A DNA stretch of 64,000 nucleotides. It comes from Nitrospirota bacterium (GTDB taxonomy: Bacteria > Patescibacteriota > Gracilibacteria > UBA1369 > LOWO2-01-FULL-3). The translations under genes were made by a program, and so were the position numbers. This document shows positions 48,322-56,102 of this stretch, in pieces. The DNA lies in assembly GCA_043816165.1 (NCBI GenBank), contig JBDRIE010000037.1, forward strand, positions 1,890-65,889. Direction: 5' to 3'. Numbering within the stretch: the stretch's first letter is position 1; every line of letters starts with the position of its first letter. The notes beneath the pieces were generated by a model. The model was not told the origin of the DNA, did no database searches, and worked only from the letters and a program-made list of their open reading frames with translations.

Positions 48322-50991
48322 ATGCTTTCCGGCCTTTGGAAATATATAATCAGCAAACCAATATCATTTTTGCTAATCGTAGTCGCGGTAATACTCTTTG
48401 CTTACTACGGTTTAAGATTAATGAGATATCTGTATCGGCTACATATGGCTAAAAAATTAGTATTCCTAAGAGTCACGCTATCAAGAGAAGAATCGCCCAA
48501 AGACAAAGATAAACAGGTGGAAAAAGATTTTAGAGAAAAAATATCTATAATGTCCCAATTCTATAGAAATCTTCACGAAACCATGGAATTGAACTTATGG
48601 AATCAAATTAAAGTTTGGTTATTCAGACACAACATTTTTACATTTGAGCTTGTTGCACACCAAAAAGTTGTAGATTTCTACATCTCTACTCCGAAATACT
48701 ACAAAGGGATTATAGAAAAAGGCATAACATCCTACTACCCTGACGCCGACATAGAAGCCCTGGAGGAATACGAACCAATGCTGAAAGACAGTAAAATGAA
48801 AGGATATTACGCATATACTCAGAAAAAATACTGGTTTCCTGTCAAAACATTCAAGGTTGTTGAAAACGACCCGCTAAACAACCTCACCAACATTTTTTCC
48901 AAGCTTGAATCTGATGAAACCGCAGTAATTCAGATAGTTATTAGACCAAAAAGCGACAAATGGAGCAAAAAAGCCGAAGAAATGGGTGAAACATTTTTCA
49001 AAGGCAAAAAATCTGAAGGAATAAAAATCCCGGTAATTGGATGGGTTTTCAACGTATTTAAGGGAATTTTCCTGGGATACGAAAAGATGGAAATTCAGCC
49101 AAAACAAGGTGGGGACGGATATGTCCGAATGCTTCAATCCAAAGAAGAAGTTGCAAAGAGAATGGGTGAGAAATCGTCTCAATCCGGCTTTGACACTGTC
49201 ATAAGGCTATTATCCTCTGCCAGCACAGAAAAAAGAGCAGAAGAAATCAGCAATAACATGATTATCGGTTTAAGCCTATTTAAAGATCCATCCTCAAACT
49301 GGTTTCAAACTCGAAGAATTTTCTTTATAGATTCATTGAACGACTGGTGGTTTAATTTCAATTTTAGGAAAAGAATGATTGATTGTAGATTTTTTGGAAT
49401 CGGGGAAAAAACCGAGATCCTGGCAGAAGATGAACTTTCTTCCTTATTCCATTTCCCAAATTCAAAATACAACTACTCACCTACGATTAGATGGATGGAT
49501 TACAAGGTTCTTCCGGCCCCTACAAACGTACCTGAAGAAGGAATATTGATCGGCCATAACGTATACAGAGGAAACAAAAAAGAGATTAGATTCTTGAAAG
49601 AAGACAGATCGAGACACCACTATATAATCGGTAAATCTGGTTCCGGTAAATCCGCCCTATTATCCTTTATGGCAAGGCAAGACATAATAAACGGAGAGGG
49701 GGTATGTGTAATTGATCCGCATGGTGATTTGATCGAAGACATACTCACATACATACCAAAAGAAAGAGCAAAAGACGTAATTATATTTGATCCGGCAGAT
49801 CAGGAAAGACCTATGGGATTAAACATGCTGGACGCTAAAGATTCATCCGAGGTGGACTTAATCTCATCACAAGCAACCGAAATATTCATAAAGCTATTCG
49901 GAGATGAAATTTTTGGACCTCGAATCCAGCATTACTTTAGAAATGCTTGTTTGACCTTAATGGAAGACACTGAAGAAGGTGCAACACTGATTGATATTCC
50001 TAGAATGTTTACCGATGATGCATTTTTAAAATTTAAGGTAAAAAAGGCTACAAATCCGGTTGTTAAATCATTTTGGCAACACGAATATGCAAACACCGGA
50101 GATAGAGAAAGACAGGAAATGATCCCATATTTCAGTTCGAAATTCGGTCCATTTATTACTAATTCGATAATGAGAAATACGATTGGGCAAAGAAAATCTT
50201 CCTTTGATTTTAGAAAAGTCATGGATGAAGGAAAAATTCTATTAGTAAAGCTTTCCAAAGGTGAAATAGGGGATCTAAACACGCAACTATTAGGACTGGT
50301 TATTGTCTCAAAAATACAAATGGCCGCGATGAGTCGTGCAGACATGCCTGAAGATCAACGTAAGGACTTTTTCCTCTATGTGGATGAGTTCCAGAATTTC
50401 GCTACGGACAGCTTCTGTGCAATCTTATCCGAGGCGAGAAAGTACCATTTGAACCTAATTATGGCTCATCAATACATAAACCAGCTGGTTACATCAAAAT
50501 ACGGCACAACTTCAACACAAATCCGTGATGCAGTATTCGGTAACGTGGGTACTTTGTGCTCATTCAAGGTGGGCGCCGATGACGCCGAATATCTCGCAAA
50601 AGAATATGCCCCATTATTGACTGAGCAGGACGTAATTGGAATCTCCAACTACAAAATGTACTGCAAATTAAACATAAAAAACTCCACATCCAGGCCTTTC
50701 TCAGTTAACACAATTTGGGATACTACTGGTCAAAACCACAAAATAGCTGAAGTAATACGTGAGTACTCCAGATTGAAACATGCCAGGAAGAAAGAATTTG
50801 TGAATGAAGAAATCGTTACCAGGATTGGCATAGACATTGATGCACCACCTGTAGACATAAGCAAATTGCCAGGCCAACCAAATATGCAACAAGCTCCGGA
50901 AGGCAATGCTATGGCTAATCTTCTAGCCGCAGGCGGGGGAGAGCCTCCAATCGGCGCTGAAGAGCCTCAGCCTGAGAAGGAGGAAGAGTAA
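48322..50991 (+). CDS. TraD/VirD4/TrwB-like (FtsK-HerA superfamily) P-loop ATPase with N-terminal TM anchor, paralog 2
   Basis: Walker A GKSGSGKSA, Walker B DFFLYVDEFQN, VCVIDPHGDLIEDIL. Collinear with 29027-31510. Candidate promoter TTGTTA-17 nt-TAAAAT just upstream. Confidence 0.75.
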   Translation: MLSGLWKYIISKPISFLLIVVAVILFAYYGLRLMRYLYRLHMAKKLVFLRVTLSREESPKDKDKQVEKDFREKISIMSQFYRNLHETMELNLWNQIKVWLFRHNIFTFELVAHQKVVDFYISTPKYYKGIIEKGITSYYPDADIEALEEYEPMLKDSKMKGYYAYTQKKYWFPVKTFKVVENDPLNNLTNIFSKLESDETAVIQIVIRPKSDKWSKKAEEMGETFFKGKKSEGIKIPVIGWVFNVFKGIFLGYEKMEIQPKQGGDGYVRMLQSKEEVAKRMGEKSSQSGFDTVIRLLSSASTEKRAEEISNNMIIGLSLFKDPSSNWFQTRRIFFIDSLNDWWFNFNFRKRMIDCRFFGIGEKTEILAEDELSSLFHFPNSKYNYSPTIRWMDYKVLPAPTNVPEEGILIGHNVYRGNKKEIRFLKEDRSRHHYIIGKSGSGKSALLSFMARQDIINGEGVCVIDPHGDLIEDILTYIPKERAKDVIIFDPADQERPMGLNMLDAKDSSEVDLISSQATEIFIKLFGDEIFGPRIQHYFRNACLTLMEDTEEGATLIDIPRMFTDDAFLKFKVKKATNPVVKSFWQHEYANTGDRERQEMIPYFSSKFGPFITNSIMRNTIGQRKSSFDFRKVMDEGKILLVKLSKGEIGDLNTQLLGLVIVSKIQMAAMSRADMPEDQRKDFFLYVDEFQNFATDSFCAILSEARKYHLNLIMAHQYINQLVTSKYGTTSTQIRDAVFGNVGTLCSFKVGADDAEYLAKEYAPLLTEQDVIGISNYKMYCKLNIKNSTSRPFSVNTIWDTTGQNHKIAEVIREYSRLKHARKKEFVNEEIVTRIGIDIDAPPVDISKLPGQPNMQQAPEGNAMANLLAAGGGEPPIGAEEPQPEKEEE

Positions 50992-51189
50992 ATTTATTGA
51001 CAAAACCACGAAAACAGGGTAATTTTGCATACTTCTATTTTTATCGAAGGAATTAGATCTTTGACAATTTAAGTGGAGAGCAATCTGTCTCTTAAAATAA
51101 TGCTTGACCTCGGCACATCTGTGCGTGAGAGTCAATCGTCTAAGAGCCGGATCCTCTCTCTACTTTTAATGGGATTATTTAAAAACAAT

Positions 51190-51246
51190 TATCGGCAGAT
51201 ATTAAGGATCAAAAACCTGATTTTTGGTTCTCAACATCTGCCGATA
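51190..51246 (+). promoter_or_regulatory. 11-bp perfect inverted repeat (hairpin or protein-binding site) in the leader of the GC-rich gene
   Basis: TATCGGCAGAT (51190-51200) and ATCTGCCGATA (51236-51246), separated by 35 nt that holds a further CAAAAA/TTTTTG pairing. Confidence 0.5.
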
Positions 51247-51288
51247 CTGATTACAGTTTCGGGTATGACAGACAAAACATTCTTTAGA

Positions 51289-51315
51289 CCGGGAATAATC
51301 CCGGCAATTTTTTTT
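51289..51315 (+). terminator. Rho-independent terminator/attenuator directly upstream of the GC-rich gene's RBS
   Basis: Stem CCGGGA/TCCCGG, loop ATAA, then CAA plus T8 (51308-51315). AAGGAG and ATG 51339 follow within 25 nt. Confidence 0.65.
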
Positions 51316-51338
51316 GACCTCAGACAAGGAGAAGGAAG

Positions 51339-52277
51339 ATGCAGGCAAAAACAAAGAAAACAATCGTTTGGTGTGGAGTGGGTTCCATTCTCGCCATCGC
51401 GGTAGTCCTGGGAGTGGTCTACCGCGACGAGATCAATAATGCATTGAGCTCGTCCAGGACGGCCAAACCCAAAGACCGCGACCGCGGCCCCATCATCACC
51501 ACCAAGATGCCACCCACTTCGAAGAAGAAGGCGGCAGTAAAGAAGCCCGCCAAGGTCAAGAAGGCGGTGGTCAAGAAGGCCGCTCCCACGACCTCCACCA
51601 AGCCCGCAGACACGAAGAAGAGCGCGACGCCACCAGCCAATACCCCTCCCACGGACAAGACGGCAAGTCCCGCCCCCCTCGTCGAGCCCACCGAACCGGA
51701 AAACCGGTGCGCCGAACTGCCGTTCAGCTACGAGTTCGCCGCCAACGACCCGAATGCGAAGGATCCCTTTTTCAAGCGCTATTGGGGTCAGAACTACGGC
51801 TGTTTCTTGGCGGCAAGCCATGACCTGGGGATGCCGGGCACGATCCCTCAAGTCAGGGTCCGCCTCGAGAAGATGTCGGAAAGGCACTTCAAGCGCTACA
51901 AGGTCAAACTGGAGAAGATCATTCGGCGCGCCGTTTGTCGCACGCTCGACTACTACCTATCGACGTGCAGGGTAGTCTTGAACCCGAACCACATCAACTA
52001 CCTCTCAACAGAAGACATCAGAGTGCTACTTCAAGGGTCAGCAAGGCTGCACGACGTCACTCCTCCCGACCGATTCCGCTCCAGACGAGCAAATCCGAAG
52101 CGCGTTCGCGTCAACCCGTCACCGGGCCTCATATCTTCAACCCCGCCGACGGACACGGACAGTCCCACCGCCACCACCAAGCCCAACAAGCGGCGCATCA
52201 ATGTCGGCCTAAAAAAGCGCCAACGCATGACGCCTCGGCTGTGCGGTAGCGATCTGAGGGCTTGCCCAAAACCATAG
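51339..52277 (+). CDS. compositionally foreign (high-GC) membrane-anchored basic protein, function unknown
   Basis: SD AAGGAG/GGAAG before the ATG. TM helix IVWCGVGSILAIAVVLGVVY, K/A/P-rich linker, Cys-containing globular part, R/P-rich tail. This frame is chosen over five overlapping shadow ORFs because it alone has both an RBS and a TM helix. Confidence 0.6.
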   Translation: MQAKTKKTIVWCGVGSILAIAVVLGVVYRDEINNALSSSRTAKPKDRDRGPIITTKMPPTSKKKAAVKKPAKVKKAVVKKAAPTTSTKPADTKKSATPPANTPPTDKTASPAPLVEPTEPENRCAELPFSYEFAANDPNAKDPFFKRYWGQNYGCFLAASHDLGMPGTIPQVRVRLEKMSERHFKRYKVKLEKIIRRAVCRTLDYYLSTCRVVLNPNHINYLSTEDIRVLLQGSARLHDVTPPDRFRSRRANPKRVRVNPSPGLISSTPPTDTDSPTATTKPNKRRINVGLKKRQRMTPRLCGSDLRACPKP

Positions 52278-52352
52278 GTACAACAAACAGAAAGGAGGTT
52301 GCGCACTTCACAGCCACGAAGAACCAAATTAATCCCATACAGTAGAACTAGA

Positions 52353-52405
52353 GGAAAGCTCCTTCTTGACGTCCCGCCCGGGGGGTCACTAAGAAGGAGC
52401 TTTTC
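52353..52405. terminator. long GC-rich hairpin between convergent genes (possible bidirectional terminator and island boundary)
   Basis: 15-bp outer stem: AAAGCTCCTTCTT (52355-52367)/AAGAAGGAGCTTT (52391-52403) plus 2 more pairs. Inner GAC..CCC/GGG..GTC pairing. No clean U-tract on either strand. Confidence 0.45.
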
Positions 52406-52415
52406 GCATAACTAT

Positions 52416-53744
52416 TTATTTGGAAAATTCCTTTTTATATTTGGAATTCAACTTTTTCCATCTTTCCCTTTCCTTCGCGTCATCATCATTCTCCATCAAA
52501 TATTCCGAAGAATCTACCAACTGCATAAGCACCACTTTATCACTTTTTCCTTTCAGAAGACCCTCTGTCAATATCACCTTCTTATGATAATGAAGTAAAC
52601 TGTCTTTTAGTATCCTTGGATCAGCCACATATTTTTGCGTATATTCCGCCATTCTCTTAACAACCCAAAAATACAAAAGTTTATATTTCCTTGATGTATC
52701 ATCATTGGCTTCCGCAAACCATTTCTCATATAAATCCAGACCAGTTAAACCAGTATACAATTTACGAATTCCGGCACGCTTACTTGAAAACAATCCCATA
52801 AACCTTGCATCCGCCTGCCCGGGAGTCTCTCCGGGCTTTTCCTTCCAGAAGTCCTTATCCTGAAGATATTTCATTTTATCATCTGTAATCCATTCCTTAA
52901 ATTGATCCAGATCCTTTTTGAATACATCCGGCTTAGCTATTTCATATTTTTTGCAAAATTCCTCACTGCCAAACTGTTCAACCTTCGGCTTCACCTTCGG
53001 CTGAACCTTAGGCTTCACCTTAGGCTTCACCTTCAGCTGAGCTTTCTGCTCTTCCTTCACAATCATATATGCAAATCTGCTTTTTGCGCCTTTCTTTTTT
53101 CCCACACCATCACCGAGCGTTAACTTGATCTGTTCTACCGATAAATCGTCTAAATTTGAATTAACGTTTGTAATCCGCCTAAAAGCCAAAAGAAAGTTTA
53201 AAACTCCTTTTTTCCCGTAAACAATATCGCTTCCACTCTTCTTCACCAACGCCCAAATATCTTTTTGATACTTTCTTTTCAATACTCTATCGGAACCGGT
53301 ATAAGTACCCAGTTTTAGAAAAACATCAAGAGCAGGCTTCAAGTCCTTGAACCACTTTTTTGTGGCAGGATCCAATTTACTTTCCAATTTTGATATTTGA
53401 GATGCGGCATTAATATAAGGCTTGTACCATTTCGCCTCATGCCACTTCTGCGTGAATCTTGTAGAATCCACTGATCCCACCAGGACAGTCGGCTTCAATT
53501 TTCTCATTTTTTTTACATTCTCATTGTCAGTTTCAGATTCACTCATTTTGTAATACTCTTTGTGAATATCACCGCGCTTTTCGAGACTTTCACGTACCAC
53601 ATCTCTAGAAGATCCGGACGTTGCCTTTCTTAAAACTAAACGCTGCGCTGCAGCCTTTTTTATTACAGCTTTTTGCGAAGTGATTTGCAACTTCAATGGT
53701 TGCTTATTTCTTTCTAATTTTCCAACTTCTTTTTTATCTCCCAT
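52416..53744 (-). CDS. Lys-rich orphan protein with a (KPKV)n repeat, function unknown
   Basis: Clean 442-aa ORF with its own extended -10 promoter. No motif recognised. Confidence 0.6.
   Translation of the reverse strand: MGDKKEVGKLERNKQPLKLQITSQKAVIKKAAAQRLVLRKATSGSSRDVVRESLEKRGDIHKEYYKMSESETDNENVKKMRKLKPTVLVGSVDSTRFTQKWHEAKWYKPYINAASQISKLESKLDPATKKWFKDLKPALDVFLKLGTYTGSDRVLKRKYQKDIWALVKKSGSDIVYGKKGVLNFLLAFRRITNVNSNLDDLSVEQIKLTLGDGVGKKKGAKSRFAYMIVKEEQKAQLKVKPKVKPKVQPKVKPKVEQFGSEEFCKKYEIAKPDVFKKDLDQFKEWITDDKMKYLQDKDFWKEKPGETPGQADARFMGLFSSKRAGIRKLYTGLTGLDLYEKWFAEANDDTSRKYKLLYFWVVKRMAEYTQKYVADPRILKDSLLHYHKKVILTEGLLKGKSDKVVLMQLVDSSEYLMENDDDAKERERWKKLNSKYKKEFSK
52981..53040. repeat. 5 x 12-bp tandem repeat (accttMRgctKM) coding for KVKPKVKPKVQPKVKPKV
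   Basis: Units start at 52981, 52993, 53005, 53017 and 53029. Confidence 0.9.
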
Positions 53745-53764
53745 ATTTATTTTTATTTCCGTTA

Positions 53765-53773
53765 ATTATACCA
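53765..53773 (-). promoter_or_regulatory. extended -10 (TGGTATAAT) for the 442-aa orphan gene
   Basis: The reverse complement of attatacca, 21 nt upstream of ATG 53744 and immediately after the tRNA terminator. Confidence 0.5.
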
Positions 53774-53774
53774 C

Positions 53775-53796
53775 AAAAAAGGCTCTATTTAAAGCC
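53775..53796 (-). terminator. Rho-independent terminator after tRNA-Met
   Basis: On the minus strand: GGCTTT-aaat-AGAGCC followed by TTTTTT. Confidence 0.65.
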
Positions 53797-53801
53797 GCAA
53801 A

Positions 53802-53878
53802 TGGTGTCAGGGGGGGGATTTGAACCCCCGACCTCTGGGTTATGAATCCAACGCTCTCACCAACTGAGCTACCCTGAC
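53802..53878 (-). tRNA. tRNA with CAT anticodon (elongator Met, or Ile2 if lysidine-modified), CCA encoded
   Basis: Acceptor GTCAGGG/CCCTGAC, anticodon loop TTCATAA, T arm GGGGG-TTCAAAT-CCCCC. Met versus Ile2 cannot be decided by eye. Confidence 0.85.
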
Positions 53879-53896
53879 ACATACGCCTAAAAACAT

Positions 53897-53971
53897 TGGT
53901 TGCGGGGAGAGGATTCGAACCTCTGACCTCCGGGTTATGAGCCCGACGAGCTGCCACTGCTCTACCCCGCG
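53897..53971 (-). tRNA. initiator tRNA-fMet (CAT), CCA encoded
   Basis: C1xA72 mismatch and three consecutive G:C pairs closing the anticodon stem (GGG-CTCATAA-CCC). Confidence 0.9.
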
Positions 53972-54011
53972 TGAGTAAGCTAATGCAATTCGTGCTTAAT
54001 GTCAATTCCTC

Positions 54012-54410
54012 TTATTTTCCAAAGAAAAAGTCCCACCATTGCTCCGAATTGCTCATTCCGGAGTAGCGTGCAAAGTCCGTAACATCAGAGTTATCAAGCA
54101 CAATATCATCGCTCAAAACATCAGAGGAAAGCACAATTACTTCTTCGCCTGAATTAATCAAACCCAGATTCTGTTTTGCAATTTTGTCTATATATTCTTC
54201 CGATGTGAAATACAAATAATCCTCTCGCTTTTGTCGATTTTCCTCCTCAACTTGTTCATTTTCGGTTTGATAAGTCTCGATATATTTATCAATTTGATAG
54301 CTGTTATACACGTTCTTGGTCAACGAATAAACCAAATATCCCACTAGTAAAAACTCGATTATTATTATAATCTTCGTGAGATTTGATGTATGTGAAAAAC
54401 GTGATGACAT
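54012..54410 (-). CDS. septum formation initiator family protein (FtsB/DivIC-like)
   Basis: N-terminal TM helix, a coiled coil, then YIDKIAKQNLGLINSGEEVIVL. Confidence 0.7.
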   Translation of the reverse strand: MSSRFSHTSNLTKIIIIIEFLLVGYLVYSLTKNVYNSYQIDKYIETYQTENEQVEEENRQKREDYLYFTSEEYIDKIAKQNLGLINSGEEVIVLSSDVLSDDIVLDNSDVTDFARYSGMSNSEQWWDFFFGK

Positions 54411-54480
54411 AGACGAATTTAGAACAAAAAGAGATTATCACAGTTTATTTTTAAACGCAAAACGTCTAGTATTACCCCAT

Positions 54481-55791
54481 ATGAACATAAACAAAGCAAA
54501 ATACATTCATTTTATAGGAATTGGTGGAATAGGAACCTCTGCAATTGCTCAGATTTTGCATAATAAAGGGAAAAAGATTTCCGGATCAGATTTAGTACCA
54601 TCAGAGTTAACCAAAAGCCTAAAACTTTCGGGAATCGATGTAAAAATCGGGCACGAGGAATCATTCATCAACAAAAAACACGACCTAATCGTATACTCTC
54701 CCGCAATCCCAAATTCCAACCCTGAATTGAAAAAAGCAAAGGAGCTCAAAATCAAAACTATTTCCTATTCACACGCCCTCGGACAACTGACAAAAGACCA
54801 TTTCACGATTGCGGTCGCCGGAACTCACGGCAAATCCACAACCACAGCAATGATCGCTCTCATCGCCACAAAAGCCGGCCTTGATCCGTCCGTCGTTATC
54901 GGAACAAAAATTAAACAATTCAAAAACAGAAATTTCAGAGTGGGAGACAGCAACCTGCTGATAATAGAGGCGTGCGAATACAAAAGAACATTCCTGCACG
55001 TACATCCCGACATCCTCGTTTTGACGAATATAGAAGCCGACCATTTGGATTATTACAAAGACCTGGAAGATTACAAAAACGCGTTTAAAGATTTGGCAAA
55101 AAGAGTTTCAAAAAAAGGAGCGATAATAATTAACGAAAAAGGCGCGCACCTGAAAGACATAGTGGGGGATGCAAAATGCCCGATAATCGCCTGGAAAAAT
55201 ACCGGAAACCTAAAACCAAAAGTCCCCGGTAAATTCAACATCGAAAACGCCGAAAACGCCGCTACCGCATGCAAAACCCTCGGAATCGACAACAAAATTA
55301 TAGAAAAAGTCATATCGAACTTTGGCGGAACATGGCGAAGAATGGAAATAAAACGGAAAAAAGGTTACACATGCACATTCATAGACGATTACGCCCACCA
55401 CCCAACCGAAATCCAACTCACACTTGCCACGATCAGAGAGCAAAACCCTACATCCAAAATTCTCTGCATTTTCCAACCACACCAATACAGCCGAACCCAC
55501 CATTTACTAAAAGAATTCGGACGATCATTCTACGACGTCGACAAAGTAATAATCCCAAACATTTACCGCGTCCGCGACACACAGGAAGACATCGAAAAAG
55601 TCTCCACCGACGACCTCGTTGCCGAAATCAACAACACGCGGAAGCGAAGCGGACGCGCAAAAAAACACAAAGCAAGCAACGGCCACGGCCTTCGGGAAAC
55701 CGCCGACTACATCAAAAAAAACAGCTCCAAATTCGACATAATTATCACAATGGGAGCAGGGGACATAACGGATATTTATAGAATGTTGTAG
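54481..55791 (+). CDS. murC: UDP-N-acetylmuramate--L-alanine ligase
   Basis: IHFIGIGGIGTSAIAQIL, GTHGKSTTTAMI, DDYAHHPTE. ATG 54481 preferred over the upstream extension that overlaps the divergent gene. Confidence 0.9.
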   Translation: MNINKAKYIHFIGIGGIGTSAIAQILHNKGKKISGSDLVPSELTKSLKLSGIDVKIGHEESFINKKHDLIVYSPAIPNSNPELKKAKELKIKTISYSHALGQLTKDHFTIAVAGTHGKSTTTAMIALIATKAGLDPSVVIGTKIKQFKNRNFRVGDSNLLIIEACEYKRTFLHVHPDILVLTNIEADHLDYYKDLEDYKNAFKDLAKRVSKKGAIIINEKGAHLKDIVGDAKCPIIAWKNTGNLKPKVPGKFNIENAENAATACKTLGIDNKIIEKVISNFGGTWRRMEIKRKKGYTCTFIDDYAHHPTEIQLTLATIREQNPTSKILCIFQPHQYSRTHHLLKEFGRSFYDVDKVIIPNIYRVRDTQEDIEKVSTDDLVAEINNTRKRSGRAKKHKASNGHGLRETADYIKKNSSKFDIIITMGAGDITDIYRML

Positions 55792-55868
55792 AGAACAGCC
55801 AACCACATTATAGCGAGAAGGTTCGACCATGTCGTCTTAATTTACAAATGATACTTTTCATTTTCAAC

Positions 55869-56102
55869 TTATTTATCCAAAATCTTAAAAAAATCATTTT
55901 TACTTATTCCAAGCTGTCTGCAAATGTTCTGAAATAAATCACCGCTTATTTCGGAATATTGGGGAATAGTAACTTTACCAACTCCATCTTTTTTGAAATG
56001 TTTGTGACTTCCTCTTGTATTTTTATGCTCAAAACCCAACGCCAAAGCAACTCGTTCGCATTCAATCGGTTTTACAGGCCGTATTTGTCGATGTTTACGC
56101 AT
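55869..56102 (-). CDS. hicA: HicA-family mRNA interferase toxin
   Basis: GSHKHFKK..VTIPQ...ICRQLGIS pattern. 77 aa. Confidence 0.75.
   Translation of the reverse strand: MRKHRQIRPVKPIECERVALALGFEHKNTRGSHKHFKKDGVGKVTIPQYSEISGDLFQNICRQLGISKNDFFKILDK

Noticed and set aside
51073-51405. GTG-initiated 110-aa ORF spanning the leader
   Set aside because: It reads straight through the intrinsic terminator and into the RBS and start of the next gene, has no SD, and its sequence is low-complexity. It is more likely non-coding leader.
51339-52277. Diversity-generating retroelement or retron context for the odd-composition gene
   Set aside because: The window holds no reverse transcriptase, template/variable repeat pair or msr/msd-like structure.
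51231-52327. Five additional long ORFs overlapping the GC-rich segment (51231..51887 -, 51419..51691 -, 51754..51975 +, 51935..52249 +, 52031..52327 -)
   Set aside because: High-GC DNA is poor in stop codons in all frames. Only 51339..52277 (+) has both an SD-ATG and a plausible TM helix. I cannot fully exclude a different coding frame without conservation data.
52299-52598. TTG-initiated 99-aa ORF immediately after an AGGAGG
   Set aside because: There is zero spacing between the SD-like sequence and TTG. It runs through the large hairpin and lies antisense to the well-formed 442-aa gene.
50992-53801. Integrated mobile element with att duplication of the tRNA-Met/fMet 3' ends, and likewise at tRNA-Arg (23457-24155)
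   Set aside because: I found no integrase, transposase or relaxase, and no direct repeat of either tRNA 3' end by eye. An 8-nt ATCCTCTC match at about 51151 is in the wrong orientation. These are treated as composition islands only.
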